Below the pieces are notes generated by a model, which was given only the letters and a program-made list of their open reading frames with translations, searched no databases and was not told the DNA's origin. From contig CAVRJJ010000002.1 of assembly GCA_963721685.1 (NCBI GenBank), forward strand, positions 8,848-72,847: 64,000 nucleotides of DNA, given 5' to 3'. Source of the stretch: an uncultured bacterium. GTDB lineage: Bacteria > Patescibacteriota > Saccharimonadia > UBA4664 > SCTI01. Both the position numbers and the translations under genes were made by a program. Of this stretch, positions 13,004 through 23,280 are shown one piece after another (position 1 is the first letter of the stretch; each line of letters starts with the position of its first letter).

Positions 13004-15256
13004 TTAACGGTGTACCGTTTTTAGTTTGCGGTCGAGGCTTAAGGCTCCGCCGGCGAGCAGCATCATGAAGGCGGCCAAGACAATCAACAGGCCGGTTGTG
13101 CGGGTGCTGGCCGCGGCAGCCTCCTGGCTATGGATCGCTGCCTGGACCGCGTTAGGCAACGACTGGACATTCGCGCTGACATTAGCCGGCCCTAACGATG
13201 CAGTATCAATTGTCTGAGACGCGACTGGGCCGCTGCCCATAGAGGATGCAGCGTCATTGCCTAGGCTGGCTGCCAAACTGCCGCCGCCTACACCCAAAGG
13301 AGCCAGCTGTTGCGGTGAAACCAAGATGGTTCCGGCGGCGGTATCAACACCGGCACTCCCGTTCCATGTCCCAAAGACATTAATAAAGAGGATCCCGAAA
13401 ACCTTGCCAAAATGCAGCGTGCTGTTGAAAATGTTTGCAATACTGCTAGCAACCGTGGCGTTCCCGGATTTGGCGTCACCAGCCGTCGTGTTATTGGCAA
13501 CAGTCGCGTCTCCGCTGGTAGCGGTAATGTTAACGTTGTTCGTAATTGTGCCGTCAACATTATTGTCTATTTCAGCACTATTGCTATTACTTACCGATGC
13601 CTGGTTGTTCGAACCGGGACCCGTCGTATTATTCTGTACGACCGCGTTTGAAGTTAATAAGCCGCCTCCCGATTCACCGGACCCGCCAAGGTTCATGATG
13701 GTACCAAACCAGCGGCCCATATTATTAACGATAACCAAGACGGCGTTTTCTCCGAAGATATTGGTGTTAAAGAGGTTGAATAGGCTGGTGTGGGTTTTGG
13801 CTTCACCGGTCGTCGCGCTGCCCGCCTCGGTATTATTGGCTACGGTAGCGCTTCCAGTTGTAGCGGTGGCGTTAATGTTGTTGTTGAATGTGCCGTTCAC
13901 GTTGTTATCAATATCAAGGGTATTGGTATTCGTGTTGGTGGCCGTGTTGATGGAGCCCGGACCAGTGGTGCTATTCCCAACTAAGCCGCCGGGAGAACCC
14001 GGCTCACTGCTGGCTACAACCCCGTTTAAATTCAACCCCGGAAAGAGGATGTCGCCATCAAGGTTACCGAAGATATTAATAATCCCGAAGAAGGATTGTC
14101 CGGCGCCAATCGCGGTGTTTATGAGGTTAATGATATTAAGTTGGGCTAAAGCATCACCACTCATGGCGCTGCCTCCCCGGTTGTTGCCGTTAACAGTAGC
14201 ATCCCCACTGCTGGCATCGATTTGGACATCATTCACAATCGCACCGGTGGTTTGATTATTTACCTGGAGGTCGCGGCTGCAATCATAGTCGGCAATATTC
14301 GTAGAACCCGGACCAGTGTTGGTGTTGGTCGCGACTCCGCCGGAGCACTGGCCGATCTGCCCGCCCCCGCCGTTGGCCGGCTGAATGGTGATGGCAATAT
14401 CCCCGGTATGGTTTCCATAGATATTTTCAATAAAGTAGGACAGGCCGCCGCTCCCAAACGACCACATGGCGTTCAAAATATTTAACAGATTAGTAACAAT
14501 CGTGGCTAGGCCGGTGCGAGCATCCCCGGCATTGGTATTGTTGGCTACGCCGGCATCACCGCTTGAAGCATTTGAGCTAATATCGTTGTAAATTCCACTA
14601 TTTGTCAGGAGTGTTGCCAAGACGCTTTCGCTATCGGTAACGGTGCCTACATTCGTACTGCCAGGACCGGTATTACTGTTTTCTGGGTCTGTCACGCCCA
14701 GGATCCGGTTCATTAAGGCTGAGGGATCCTTGCTTCCGGCAGTCAAAGCATTTATCGAGTCGCTGGGGGTTACCCCGGGAATCACATGCCACCAGCCAAC
14801 AACCGGGTCGTAACGGTAAAATGGCGAAACCCAGTTAAGCGCATCCTTGCTCCACTTAAAGGTTGTTATGAGGGTAGGCTCCCATTTGTGGGCAGCGTCG
14901 TTAAAGGCATAATCGGGGGCTTTACCGGTTGGTTGGCCGAGCGCAACCGGGTCGGTTGGACCGGTTACCGGCGCGGGATTAGCAGGTTCGGGAGCGGTAG
15001 GCGGGGTCGGGGCAACCGGTGCCGGTGCAGGGGGAGGGGTGGGAACAGATACCACTCCGGGCTCCGCAGGGGTTTCGGTTGCGGCTGGCGGCTCTTCTTC
15101 CGGAGCCGGACTAACCGTTTGTTCAGTTTGGGTTGGAGTCGCCGAATCATCCTCCGCTGCCTGGGCCGGAACGTAGGGCCCCGCCAAAGCCATGGTTGCT
15201 ACTAATAAAATGGCTAGGAAGCGCTGGATCCGAGATTGGATAGTTGTTAGTTTCAT
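13004..15256 (-). CDS. Large secreted TGPGS/Asn-repeat protein with C-terminal membrane anchor (750 aa)
   Basis: Signal peptide (AQA), Pro-rich linker, four TGPGSxN...SGxAxVxxNxxxGxAxxG repeats, C-terminal TM and basic tail. Confidence 0.85.
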   Translation of the reverse strand: MKLTTIQSRIQRFLAILLVATMALAGPYVPAQAAEDDSATPTQTEQTVSPAPEEEPPAATETPAEPGVVSVPTPPPAPAPVAPTPPTAPEPANPAPVTGPTDPVALGQPTGKAPDYAFNDAAHKWEPTLITTFKWSKDALNWVSPFYRYDPVVGWWHVIPGVTPSDSINALTAGSKDPSALMNRILGVTDPENSNTGPGSTNVGTVTDSESVLATLLTNSGIYNDISSNASSGDAGVANNTNAGDARTGLATIVTNLLNILNAMWSFGSGGLSYFIENIYGNHTGDIAITIQPANGGGGQIGQCSGGVATNTNTGPGSTNIADYDCSRDLQVNNQTTGAIVNDVQIDASSGDATVNGNNRGGSAMSGDALAQLNIINLINTAIGAGQSFFGIINIFGNLDGDILFPGLNLNGVVASSEPGSPGGLVGNSTTGPGSINTATNTNTNTLDIDNNVNGTFNNNINATATTGSATVANNTEAGSATTGEAKTHTSLFNLFNTNIFGENAVLVIVNNMGRWFGTIMNLGGSGESGGGLLTSNAVVQNNTTGPGSNNQASVSNSNSAEIDNNVDGTITNNVNITATSGDATVANNTTAGDAKSGNATVASSIANIFNSTLHFGKVFGILFINVFGTWNGSAGVDTAAGTILVSPQQLAPLGVGGGSLAASLGNDAASSMGSGPVASQTIDTASLGPANVSANVQSLPNAVQAAIHSQEAAAASTRTTGLLIVLAAFMMLLAGGALSLDRKLKTVHR

Positions 15257-15418
15257 ATATTCCCCTGTACCTTAGTTAATTGGTTTGCTTTGTAAATTAT
15301 TAACTCATTACCACGATGAGTGCTGGGGAGGGGTTTCCCTCCCGAGGGCCGTGCATAAAAAGCGACGGCAGATTGGGCTGGCATAAACGCGCCAGAAACG
15401 TAGTACCACAGCGGCAAA

Positions 15419-15997
15419 CTAGTTAGTAATGTTAACCGTGCTGCTAGTGCTGTTGGTGTTAGAAACGGAACCGCTGGTGGCTGAACCGCCTGTGGTATTA
15501 CCGGCAACGGTAGCCGCGCCGCTAGCGCCAACTTGGACGTTAGCGTTAGTAACGGTTACAGCGTTCGTGTTAATTTTGGTCAACACGTTGAGGTTGGTGC
15601 TGGTAACAGCATTCAGTGAACCAGGACCGGTGAGGTTGATGCTAGCGGTGTTAGTGCCGCCGCTTCCACCCATTGGGCATCCGCAACCGGAGTTGTTGAC
15701 GCTAACGCTGGTTACAGCCGCGTTGGCGTTATGTACACCGCCGCTAGTGGCTGAACCACCAATGGTGTTGCCGGCAACCGTAGCAGGTCCGCTGGCACCT
15801 AATTGGAAGTTAACGTTACCGACACCAACAATGTTAGTGTTCAGCAAAGTTGCTAAGTTAGAGTTGGTAGAAGTAATGGTGTTAATCGAGCCTGGGCCGG
15901 TGGTACTGATGGTACCGCTATCGGCGGCGGCCACTCCTAAGCCAAGGCCTACTGTGGCCAGGGCGATAGAAGCGTAACGAAGTGTGCGATTACGCAT
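15419..15997 (-). CDS. Small secreted two-repeat TGPGS/Asn protein (192 aa), candidate major fibre subunit
   Basis: Signal peptide, two ~75 aa repeats joined by a CGC/Gly linker, no anchor; GAAAGGA RBS. Confidence 0.85.
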   Translation of the reverse strand: MRNRTLRYASIALATVGLGLGVAAADSGTISTTGPGSINTITSTNSNLATLLNTNIVGVGNVNFQLGASGPATVAGNTIGGSATSGGVHNANAAVTSVSVNNSGCGCPMGGSGGTNTASINLTGPGSLNAVTSTNLNVLTKINTNAVTVTNANVQVGASGAATVAGNTTGGSATSGSVSNTNSTSSTVNITN

Positions 15998-16034
15998 AAT
16001 GGTAGATTTCCTTTCTTAAAAGAAACTTGTTAAT

Positions 16035-16520
16035 TTATTGGCTGTGAATTTCAACCTGCGCGCCGTTTCCCGATACTTGAATGCTCGAGAAGCTGCTGCC
16101 GCCGGATGAATTGCTTGAACTGAAACTTTGCGAGCTATGGCTGAAATTACTCCCGCCATTTGAATGTGACTGAACCGAAATGTTGAGGTTGCCCGACGGG
16201 GTAGATGCCGAAACATTCCCACTTCCGGAGGTTGTCACGCTCGCCGAATTACCATGCACATGTACTGAGGCGGTTCCACCAGGAACCGGAACGGTAGTAG
16301 TGCCGTTGGTAGTTGGTACTTCTTGGCCATTCACCTTAATGTCGAGCTGGGCATTTTCCTCAGCCGACAAGCTTGGCGTAATTTCCGCTGAAGTACTGGT
16401 CTTGGCGTGATAATCGGCCGTTTTAGCCGCGGGTTGGTGCACAAGGGTGAAGACTGCCCCAACCACACTAACTGAAACTAAGCCTGCGATCACTGATTTT
16501 CTTGGTACAAAACTACTCAT
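16035..16520 (-). CDS. Ser-rich membrane-anchored or secreted protein (161 aa)
   Basis: N-terminal hydrophobic segment followed by Ser/Asn/Gly-rich beta-strand-like sequence. Confidence 0.7.
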   Translation of the reverse strand: MSSFVPRKSVIAGLVSVSVVGAVFTLVHQPAAKTADYHAKTSTSAEITPSLSAEENAQLDIKVNGQEVPTTNGTTTVPVPGGTASVHVHGNSASVTTSGSGNVSASTPSGNLNISVQSHSNGGSNFSHSSQSFSSSNSSGGSSFSSIQVSGNGAQVEIHSQ

Positions 16521-16523
16521 ATC

Positions 16524-17192
16524 TCACCCCTGGGCTTTAGCCCGTTTGGCCGCAAATGCGGCGCTTCCGCCAGCGCCAATTAAACTTAACGCTGCTGCTA
16601 GTGCAAGCAGTGCCGCGGAAATACCTTTAGCTTGGTCTATGGCTGAGCTAACAGGACTCGAAGTTGCGGGCTGATAGAGATTCCGCAAACCTGCGACATC
16701 GCAAACAACCGAACAGCCAACTGATGGCAGGACGCCACCTGAGCCTGCTCCCGCGCCACCAACTCCTAACGGAGCTACAGCCAAACCGCCGCCGACTCCA
16801 CCGGAACCAGCGCCAGAGCCACTCCCGTTGCCACCGCTGGGTCCCGTACCTGAGCCTGAGCCGCCACAGTTAAGGCAACCTGGGTTGTTGATAGAAACTG
16901 TGGTTGCCGTACTGTTCGTATTGGCAACATTTCCACTGGTTGCTGAACCACCCACGGTATTACCCGCTACTGTAGCTGGACCACTCGTACCTACTTGCGT
17001 ATTACTGTTGGTAACCGTAACGGCATTAACATTCGATTCAAAAACCACATTGGTTTCAGTCGACGTAATGGTGTTAACAGAACCCGGACCGGTAGTTGAA
17101 ATTGAGCCGTCATCGGCCAATGCCGCGCCAGCGCCAGCCAGCGTCAAGAGACTAGACATTGCAATAGTTCGAACTACTACTTTTGTCTTCAT
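16524..17192 (-). CDS. One-repeat TGPGS protein with CxxC and C-terminal anchor (222 aa)
   Basis: Signal peptide, one repeat, CLNC, Gly linker, LPSVG, C-terminal TM and KRAK; AAAGGAGG RBS. Confidence 0.85.
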   Translation of the reverse strand: MKTKVVVRTIAMSSLLTLAGAGAALADDGSISTTGPGSVNTITSTETNVVFESNVNAVTVTNSNTQVGTSGPATVAGNTVGGSATSGNVANTNSTATTVSINNPGCLNCGGSGSGTGPSGGNGSGSGAGSGGVGGGLAVAPLGVGGAGAGSGGVLPSVGCSVVCDVAGLRNLYQPATSSPVSSAIDQAKGISAALLALAAALSLIGAGGSAAFAAKRAKAQG

Positions 17193-17270
17193 ATTATTTT
17201 CCTCCTTTCTTTAGGCGTTATTAGATAGTTCTGTTTTTTGGTTTTCGCCTCCACACTAAAATGAGCTCTA

Positions 17271-18128
17271 TCAGGTGACAAGCACGCTGGTACAACTCAT
17301 TTTGGGTGGAGTGACAAAAAATAGGATGGCAGCACCTGCGTCACTACGTGCTGCATCGGTATATCCCGAGCGACGCAAGCGTGCCAAGTAAAAATTAAGC
17401 AGAAGCAAAGAAGCCGCGACCAAAAGGATTACTAGGATTACCAGCTGTATTTGGGCCACTGCTAACGAAGTAGTAAATATCGCGGCGACGTCGGCTAACA
17501 GCTGAGGTGCTGGGATTAAGCTTGAGGTTAAAAGCACCCGTAAATTGCTAAGTAGTGCCGCTGGATCTTGCGGACCGTTTGGCATGTCAGGTGAAGCCGC
17601 GGTAGCGACAGCAAGACCCATGGGAACACTCGATTGTAATGCCGCCGGACCGCGATTGAGCGCCTTTAAAGCAGACCACGCGGTCATGATGCGCTGTTGG
17701 GTCTGAGAACCTTTTTCAGACGCGCTGGCTACAGGCGAGGCCACTTGTCCCGGTTGGGCGGCCGACGCCTCACTGCCAGTGGGTTGGGATACCCCACTTT
17801 TAGCCAGTAGGAAATCCGACGTACCACCGCCACTTAAAGCATCTGATGCCCCGACTAGCGATTGGCTAGCAGCAGGTGAACCAGTACTAGCACCACTACC
17901 CGAATCACTTGCCCCTCCAATTGTTTGGCTTTGGGAAGAGTTGGAGGAAACATCAATATTGCCATTTCCGGATGCATTAATTTCAAGGGTATTATTGCTA
18001 TTTTGTTCAGCACTGAGGCCTGGACTTTGGGCGCCAGTCGTGGCCTCATCGGCCGCTAAGGCCGCGCCACTGCCCAATGCCCCAGCAAGAAATATAACTC
18101 CGAGTTTTAGCAGCAAGCGTTGCAGCAT
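17271..18128 (-). CDS. Secreted Ser/Ala-rich protein with C-terminal TM (285 aa)
   Basis: Signal peptide, low-complexity middle, TM followed by RLRR. Confidence 0.7.
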   Translation of the reverse strand: MLQRLLLKLGVIFLAGALGSGAALAADEATTGAQSPGLSAEQNSNNTLEINASGNGNIDVSSNSSQSQTIGGASDSGSGASTGSPAASQSLVGASDALSGGGTSDFLLAKSGVSQPTGSEASAAQPGQVASPVASASEKGSQTQQRIMTAWSALKALNRGPAALQSSVPMGLAVATAASPDMPNGPQDPAALLSNLRVLLTSSLIPAPQLLADVAAIFTTSLAVAQIQLVILVILLVAASLLLLNFYLARLRRSGYTDAARSDAGAAILFFVTPPKMSCTSVLVT

Positions 18129-18322
18129 ACGTTCTGGACTCCACCTGGGCTGTTAGGCCCTCTACATCAACTTACTTATTCGTTACTCAAGTAGCATAGG
18201 CCTTAATAGCTGTAAGCAATACCGGTAAAATAACAAAAGGATTTAACAGAAATTTAATATTTTTGTATAAATGCACAATTGCTTAAGTTACTTTAGCATA
18301 AGCATTTAAGTCTTCGCCAAGG

Positions 18323-18357
18323 CAAAAACAACCTCGCCTAGTGGAGCGAGGTTGTTT
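18323..18357 (-). terminator. Terminator after gyrA
   Basis: AAACAACCTCGC...GCGAGGTTGTTT hairpin with a T-run on the minus strand. Confidence 0.8.
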
Positions 18358-18384
18358 GGCGCATGATAAAAAAATGAAAAAAGC

Positions 18385-21012
18385 TTATGCTGGTGGAGGT
18401 GCGTCCGATAGCTCAAGCTGGGGTTCTGACCCGCCTTCTCCAATTGCTTGCTCAAGCTTCGACTCGCCAATCAACGCGATGGAAGCTACCTTATCACCTT
18501 CCTTCAGGCGCATAATACGGACCCCTTGGGTGGCGCGGCCAATGAGAGAGACGGTTTTAACGGGAAGCCGGATAATCTGCCCACTGGAAGAAATAATAAC
18601 CAAGTCGTCATTACCGTTCTCCAGAGCACGCACATCAAGAGCTTTGCCGGTTTTAACGGTCACAACTCCAGCCTTTATGCCAACGCCACCGCGGGCGTGG
18701 GTTGAGAACTGGTCCACCGACGTGCGCTTGCCATAACCATTCTCCATAATTACCAGTAGTTTTGTTCCGGGTTCGACCACATCAACGCCCACTACCTCAT
18801 CACCCGAGCGCAACCGAATGCCGCGTACTCCCCTGGTTGCCCTCCCCATTGGCCGGGCATCCGACTCTTTAAAGCGAATGGCTTGGGCGAGCGCTGTGGA
18901 CATAATAATTTCATCATTTCCCGACGTTTGCTTAACCCAGCGCAATTCGTCGCCAGTATCAAGCTTAATGGCAATTAGACCATTGGCTCGGACGTTGGCA
19001 TAATCTGCAAGCGCGGTTTTCTTAACGGTGCCTTTTCGGGTTGCCATAAAAAGGTACTTACCGGCGGTGGCGGCATTAAAGGTATTAATGGAAGTAATCA
19101 CTTCATCTGGACCCAACTGAAGCAAGTTAACGATAGCCTGCCCCTTGGCAGTCCGCGAGGCAGCGGGAATCTCATAGACTTTTTGGCGAAACACCCGGCC
19201 CATGTTGGTAAAGAATAGGATGAAATCGTGGTTATGAGTTAGGACCAGGTGCTCAACCACGTCTTCTTCCTTGGTAGTCATGCCCATAATGCCTTTACCC
19301 CCGCGTCCCTGGGACTTATAGGTATTAGCGGGAATCCGCTTAATATAGTTGCCCTGGGTAAGGGTGATAATGACTTGCTCATTAGGCACCAGCTCTTCTT
19401 CACTGAACTTACCCAGCTCGGTCGCCACAATCTGGGTGCGGCGGAGATCGCCGTGCTTTTCCTTTAACTCGGTCAGCTCTTCCTTAATAATCCGTAGGAT
19501 TTCTTTCTCATCCCCCAGAATTTTCTCAAGCGCGGCTATAAGCTTCTTGAGTTCGGCCAGCTCATCTTCAATCTCTTGGCGCTCAAGCCCGGTTAAACGG
19601 CGCAGCTGCATTGCCAGGATGGCTTTAGCCTGGATAACCGTCAATTTAAACTGCTTAATCAAGTTGGCTTCAGCGATTTCACTGGTACGGCTGGCGCGAA
19701 TGGTTTTTATAACTTCATCAATATGGTCGAGCGCTATCTTCAAGCCTTCCAAAATATGTGCTCGGTCTTTGGCTTTACCAAGCTCAAATTCGGTTCGGCG
19801 CCGGACTACGATCTGGCGGTGCGTAATGAACTCTTTGAGCATCATTTCCAGGGTCATGACCCGCGGTTGGCGGCCCTGGTCGGTTAAGGCCAACATGTTT
19901 ACATGGAAGGCGCCCTGCATCGGTGTTAAGCGGTAAAGCTGGTTAAGGATTTTCTTGGGATAACTGTCGCGCTTGAGCTCAACCACAATCCGGATGCCGT
20001 TACGGTTACTTTCGTCGCGGAGGTCGCTAATGCCGGTAATACGTTTATCCTTGGCCAGTTCGGCAATCTTATCAACAAGGGTGGCTTTATTGACTTGGTA
20101 CGGAATTTGGGTAACCACGATCTGTTGATTACCTTTTTTATCCTCTTCAATCTCAGCCACGGCCCGGACCACAATTGAGCCTTTGCCGGTACCATAGGCG
20201 GCTTTAATTGATTCTGTACCGAACATGGTTCCCCCAGTGGGAAAATCCGGACCTTTAACGTGCGCCATTAATGCTTCAAGCGGAGCATCGGGGTTGTCTA
20301 TTATATGAATAATGCCGTCTACCAGTTCTCCCAGGTTATGAGGCGGAATATTGGTGGCCATTCCGACAGCAATGCCCATCTGTCCGTTTAGCAGCAAGTT
20401 GGGAATTTTAGCCGGCAGAACCGAAGGCTCTTTTAAGAAGCCGTCGAAGTTAGGTCGGAAATCTACGGTGTTTTTCTCGATATCAAATAACATTTCGCTG
20501 GCTATGCGAGTCATCCTGGCCTCGGTATAACGCATGGCGGCGGGCGGATCGCCGTCAATCGAGCCAAAGTTACCCTGCCCGTCAACCAACGGATAGCGCA
20601 TTGAGAACTCTTGAGCCATCCGCACCATGGCGTCATAAATAGCGGAGTCGCCATGGGGATGGTAGCCGCCCATAACCTCACCAATAACCGCGGCGCTTTT
20701 ACGGTATTTGGCGTTATGGCGGAGCCCCATGGTATTCATAACGTAGAGTATCCTGCGGTGGACCGGCTTTAAGCCGTCACGGACGTCGGGAAGCGCGCGG
20801 GCCACAATAACCGACATAGCATATTTGAGATAACTATCCTCCATTTCAAACTCAAGGCTTTGGTTCTCTATCTGTCCAGCGCCAATATGACGGGCTTTGG
20901 CGATCGGCATCAGCTCACCATCAAGCGGGCCAATAGTAGACTCCGACGGGTCGTCGGCAGGTTGCTCGGGCAGCTCTGGTGTTTCAGGAGTTTCCGGTTC
21001 TTCAGGATTCAT
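18385..21012 (-). CDS. gyrA: DNA gyrase subunit A
   Basis: [32 protein letters not shown] and GyrA-box QGRGGKG. Confidence 0.99.
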   Translation of the reverse strand: MNPEEPETPETPELPEQPADDPSESTIGPLDGELMPIAKARHIGAGQIENQSLEFEMEDSYLKYAMSVIVARALPDVRDGLKPVHRRILYVMNTMGLRHNAKYRKSAAVIGEVMGGYHPHGDSAIYDAMVRMAQEFSMRYPLVDGQGNFGSIDGDPPAAMRYTEARMTRIASEMLFDIEKNTVDFRPNFDGFLKEPSVLPAKIPNLLLNGQMGIAVGMATNIPPHNLGELVDGIIHIIDNPDAPLEALMAHVKGPDFPTGGTMFGTESIKAAYGTGKGSIVVRAVAEIEEDKKGNQQIVVTQIPYQVNKATLVDKIAELAKDKRITGISDLRDESNRNGIRIVVELKRDSYPKKILNQLYRLTPMQGAFHVNMLALTDQGRQPRVMTLEMMLKEFITHRQIVVRRRTEFELGKAKDRAHILEGLKIALDHIDEVIKTIRASRTSEIAEANLIKQFKLTVIQAKAILAMQLRRLTGLERQEIEDELAELKKLIAALEKILGDEKEILRIIKEELTELKEKHGDLRRTQIVATELGKFSEEELVPNEQVIITLTQGNYIKRIPANTYKSQGRGGKGIMGMTTKEEDVVEHLVLTHNHDFILFFTNMGRVFRQKVYEIPAASRTAKGQAIVNLLQLGPDEVITSINTFNAATAGKYLFMATRKGTVKKTALADYANVRANGLIAIKLDTGDELRWVKQTSGNDEIIMSTALAQAIRFKESDARPMGRATRGVRGIRLRSGDEVVGVDVVEPGTKLLVIMENGYGKRTSVDQFSTHARGGVGIKAGVVTVKTGKALDVRALENGNDDLVIISSSGQIIRLPVKTVSLIGRATQGVRIMRLKEGDKVASIALIGESKLEQAIGEGGSEPQLELSDAPPPA

Positions 21013-21032
21013 CTTAGCCTTGTCCCATCATC

Positions 21033-23117
21033 TTAAAAATCCAAATCATCATCGGAAACAACCGTAGCGTGGGTTTGGATAAAGTTTTTACGAAGCAGCA
21101 CTTCTTCGCCCATCAGCTTGTTGAAAATAGCATCGGCCTTTTCGGCGTCATCTATGCTTACCTGGAGCATAATACGATGCTCGGGGTTCATGGTGGTATC
21201 CCACAACTGGTCGGCGTTCATTTCGCCCAACCCTTTGTAGCGCTGGATGTTGGCCCCAGCCATTTTCAACCGACTGCGTTCTTCGTCGCTAATTGCCAGC
21301 TCTTCATCATCCAGGTCCGGCGTAGACGCTGAATCATTTGTTTGCTCAGAATCATCCCCCTGGTCGGCAGCGGCGGCCGCTTCTTCAGCCGCATCTGCCT
21401 TGGCTTTGGCCTTGTTGGCAGCCTTTTCTTCGATCAACTTATCAATAATGGCATCACGCTCCTCTTCAGTATAGGCGTAGGTCTTTTTACGTCCGGCCTG
21501 CACCAGGTAAAGGGGCGGTCGGGCGATATAAAGATGTCCCCCGCTAATAATTTCGGGCACATGGCGATAGAAAAAGGTAAGCAGTAAAGTACGGATATGG
21601 GCACCATCAACATCGGCATCGGTCATGATAATAATGTGGCCATAGCGTAATTTAGCAATCTCAAACTGGTCACCAATACCGGTGCCCATGGCAACAATCA
21701 GGTTTTTGATTTCATTATTACCCAACATCCTATCGAGACGGGCGCGTTCAACGTTGAGAATTTTACCACGCAGCGGCAAAATTGCCTGGAATTCACTATC
21801 GCGGCCGGCTTTAGCCGACCCGCCAGCGCTGTCGCCCTCAACAATATACAATTCACTACGATTAACATCTTTAGTACGGCAATCTGAAAGCTTGCTGGCC
21901 AAGGTAAACCCGTCAAGGGCTCCCTTGCGGATAACCGTATCGCGGGCGGCGCGGGCGGCCAGCCGGGCGCGGGCGCTTAAGGTGGCTTTTCCAATGATTT
22001 TGCGGGCCTCTTGGGGGTTTTCATCAAGATAATAGCTGAACCATTCATTCACCACCTGCTCCACCACACTACGGACTTCCGGGCTGCCCAGTTTGGCTTT
22101 GGTTTGGCCTTCAAACTGGGGATCGGGCAGCTTTACCGATATGACAGCGGTAACTCCTTCACGTACATCTTCGCCGGTTAGACTTTCCTCTTTTTCTTTA
22201 AGTAAGCCGTTTTTACGGGCATAATCATTAATGACGCGGGTAAGCGCGGACCTAAAGCCCGTTAAATGAGTCCCGCCCTCGGGGTTATGGATGTTATTGG
22301 CAAACGTACGTACATTCTCACTAAAGCTTTCGGTATACTGCAAGGCCATTTCCACCACCACATCCTTAACCTGCTTTTCCACGTAAAAGGGTGGTTGGTG
22401 AAGGATACTTTTATCCCGGTTAAGGTGCTCAACATAGCTACGAATTCCGCCTTCAAAATAGTAGCCGTAGCTTTCGCTGCTTGGCTCGTTTGAAGCTTTA
22501 ACGTGGATTCCCTTGGTAAGATAGGCCTGGTGGCGCAAATAATCGAGCACCGTTTGGTAATTAAACTGGATAGATTCAAAAATGGTGGCATCCGGCCAAA
22601 AACTAATAGTTGTGCCGGTCCGGTCGGTGGGACCCACCACCTTTGGCTCACCTTTGGGCTTTCCCGTGCCGTACTCTTGGATGTAGTGCTTGCCCTCGAG
22701 ATAGACGTCAACAATCACCTTAGTAGATAACGCGTTGACCACGCTGATACCTACCCCGTGCAGACCGCCGGAAACTTTATAGCCCGAGCCTTCACCGCCA
22801 AATTTTCCACCGGCGTGCAAGACCGTCATGACAGTCTCGAGTGTGCTTTTCCCGGTAGTCTTGTGCTTTTCAATGGGGATACCGCGGCCGTAGTCGTTAA
22901 CCTTCACACCCCCGTCAGCCAGCATCGTGACTTCAATAGTATTACCATGACCGGCCATAGCTTCATCGATAGAGTTATTGATTACTTCCCATATAAGATG
23001 GTGAAGGCCCTCAATACCGGTTCCACCGATATACATGCCGGGACGCTTGCGTACCGGATCAAGACCTTCAAGCACCTGGATTTGGTCGGCGCCGTATTTT
23101 TTCTGATCAACTGCCAT
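21033..23117 (-). CDS. gyrB: DNA gyrase subunit B
   Basis: VRKRPGMYIG, VEGDSAGGSAK, PLRGKILN, TDADVDG and QRYKGLGEM. Confidence 0.99.
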   Translation of the reverse strand: MAVDQKKYGADQIQVLEGLDPVRKRPGMYIGGTGIEGLHHLIWEVINNSIDEAMAGHGNTIEVTMLADGGVKVNDYGRGIPIEKHKTTGKSTLETVMTVLHAGGKFGGEGSGYKVSGGLHGVGISVVNALSTKVIVDVYLEGKHYIQEYGTGKPKGEPKVVGPTDRTGTTISFWPDATIFESIQFNYQTVLDYLRHQAYLTKGIHVKASNEPSSESYGYYFEGGIRSYVEHLNRDKSILHQPPFYVEKQVKDVVVEMALQYTESFSENVRTFANNIHNPEGGTHLTGFRSALTRVINDYARKNGLLKEKEESLTGEDVREGVTAVISVKLPDPQFEGQTKAKLGSPEVRSVVEQVVNEWFSYYLDENPQEARKIIGKATLSARARLAARAARDTVIRKGALDGFTLASKLSDCRTKDVNRSELYIVEGDSAGGSAKAGRDSEFQAILPLRGKILNVERARLDRMLGNNEIKNLIVAMGTGIGDQFEIAKLRYGHIIIMTDADVDGAHIRTLLLTFFYRHVPEIISGGHLYIARPPLYLVQAGRKKTYAYTEEERDAIIDKLIEEKAANKAKAKADAAEEAAAAADQGDDSEQTNDSASTPDLDDEELAISDEERSRLKMAGANIQRYKGLGEMNADQLWDTTMNPEHRIMLQVSIDDAEKADAIFNKLMGEEVLLRKNFIQTHATVVSDDDLDF

Positions 23118-23280
23118 AAATTACAACGTAAACCTCAACTAAAAAAGGTGATCTGGTCACCCACCTATTAATCTCTATTATACTGCTTCAGCTCTTATCG
23201 GGCAACATCCCAGGAAAGTAAACTTGCGCTTAAGGGAGCGGTAATGCTTAAATAAAGGAAGCGAGGGAGCCATAATATAA

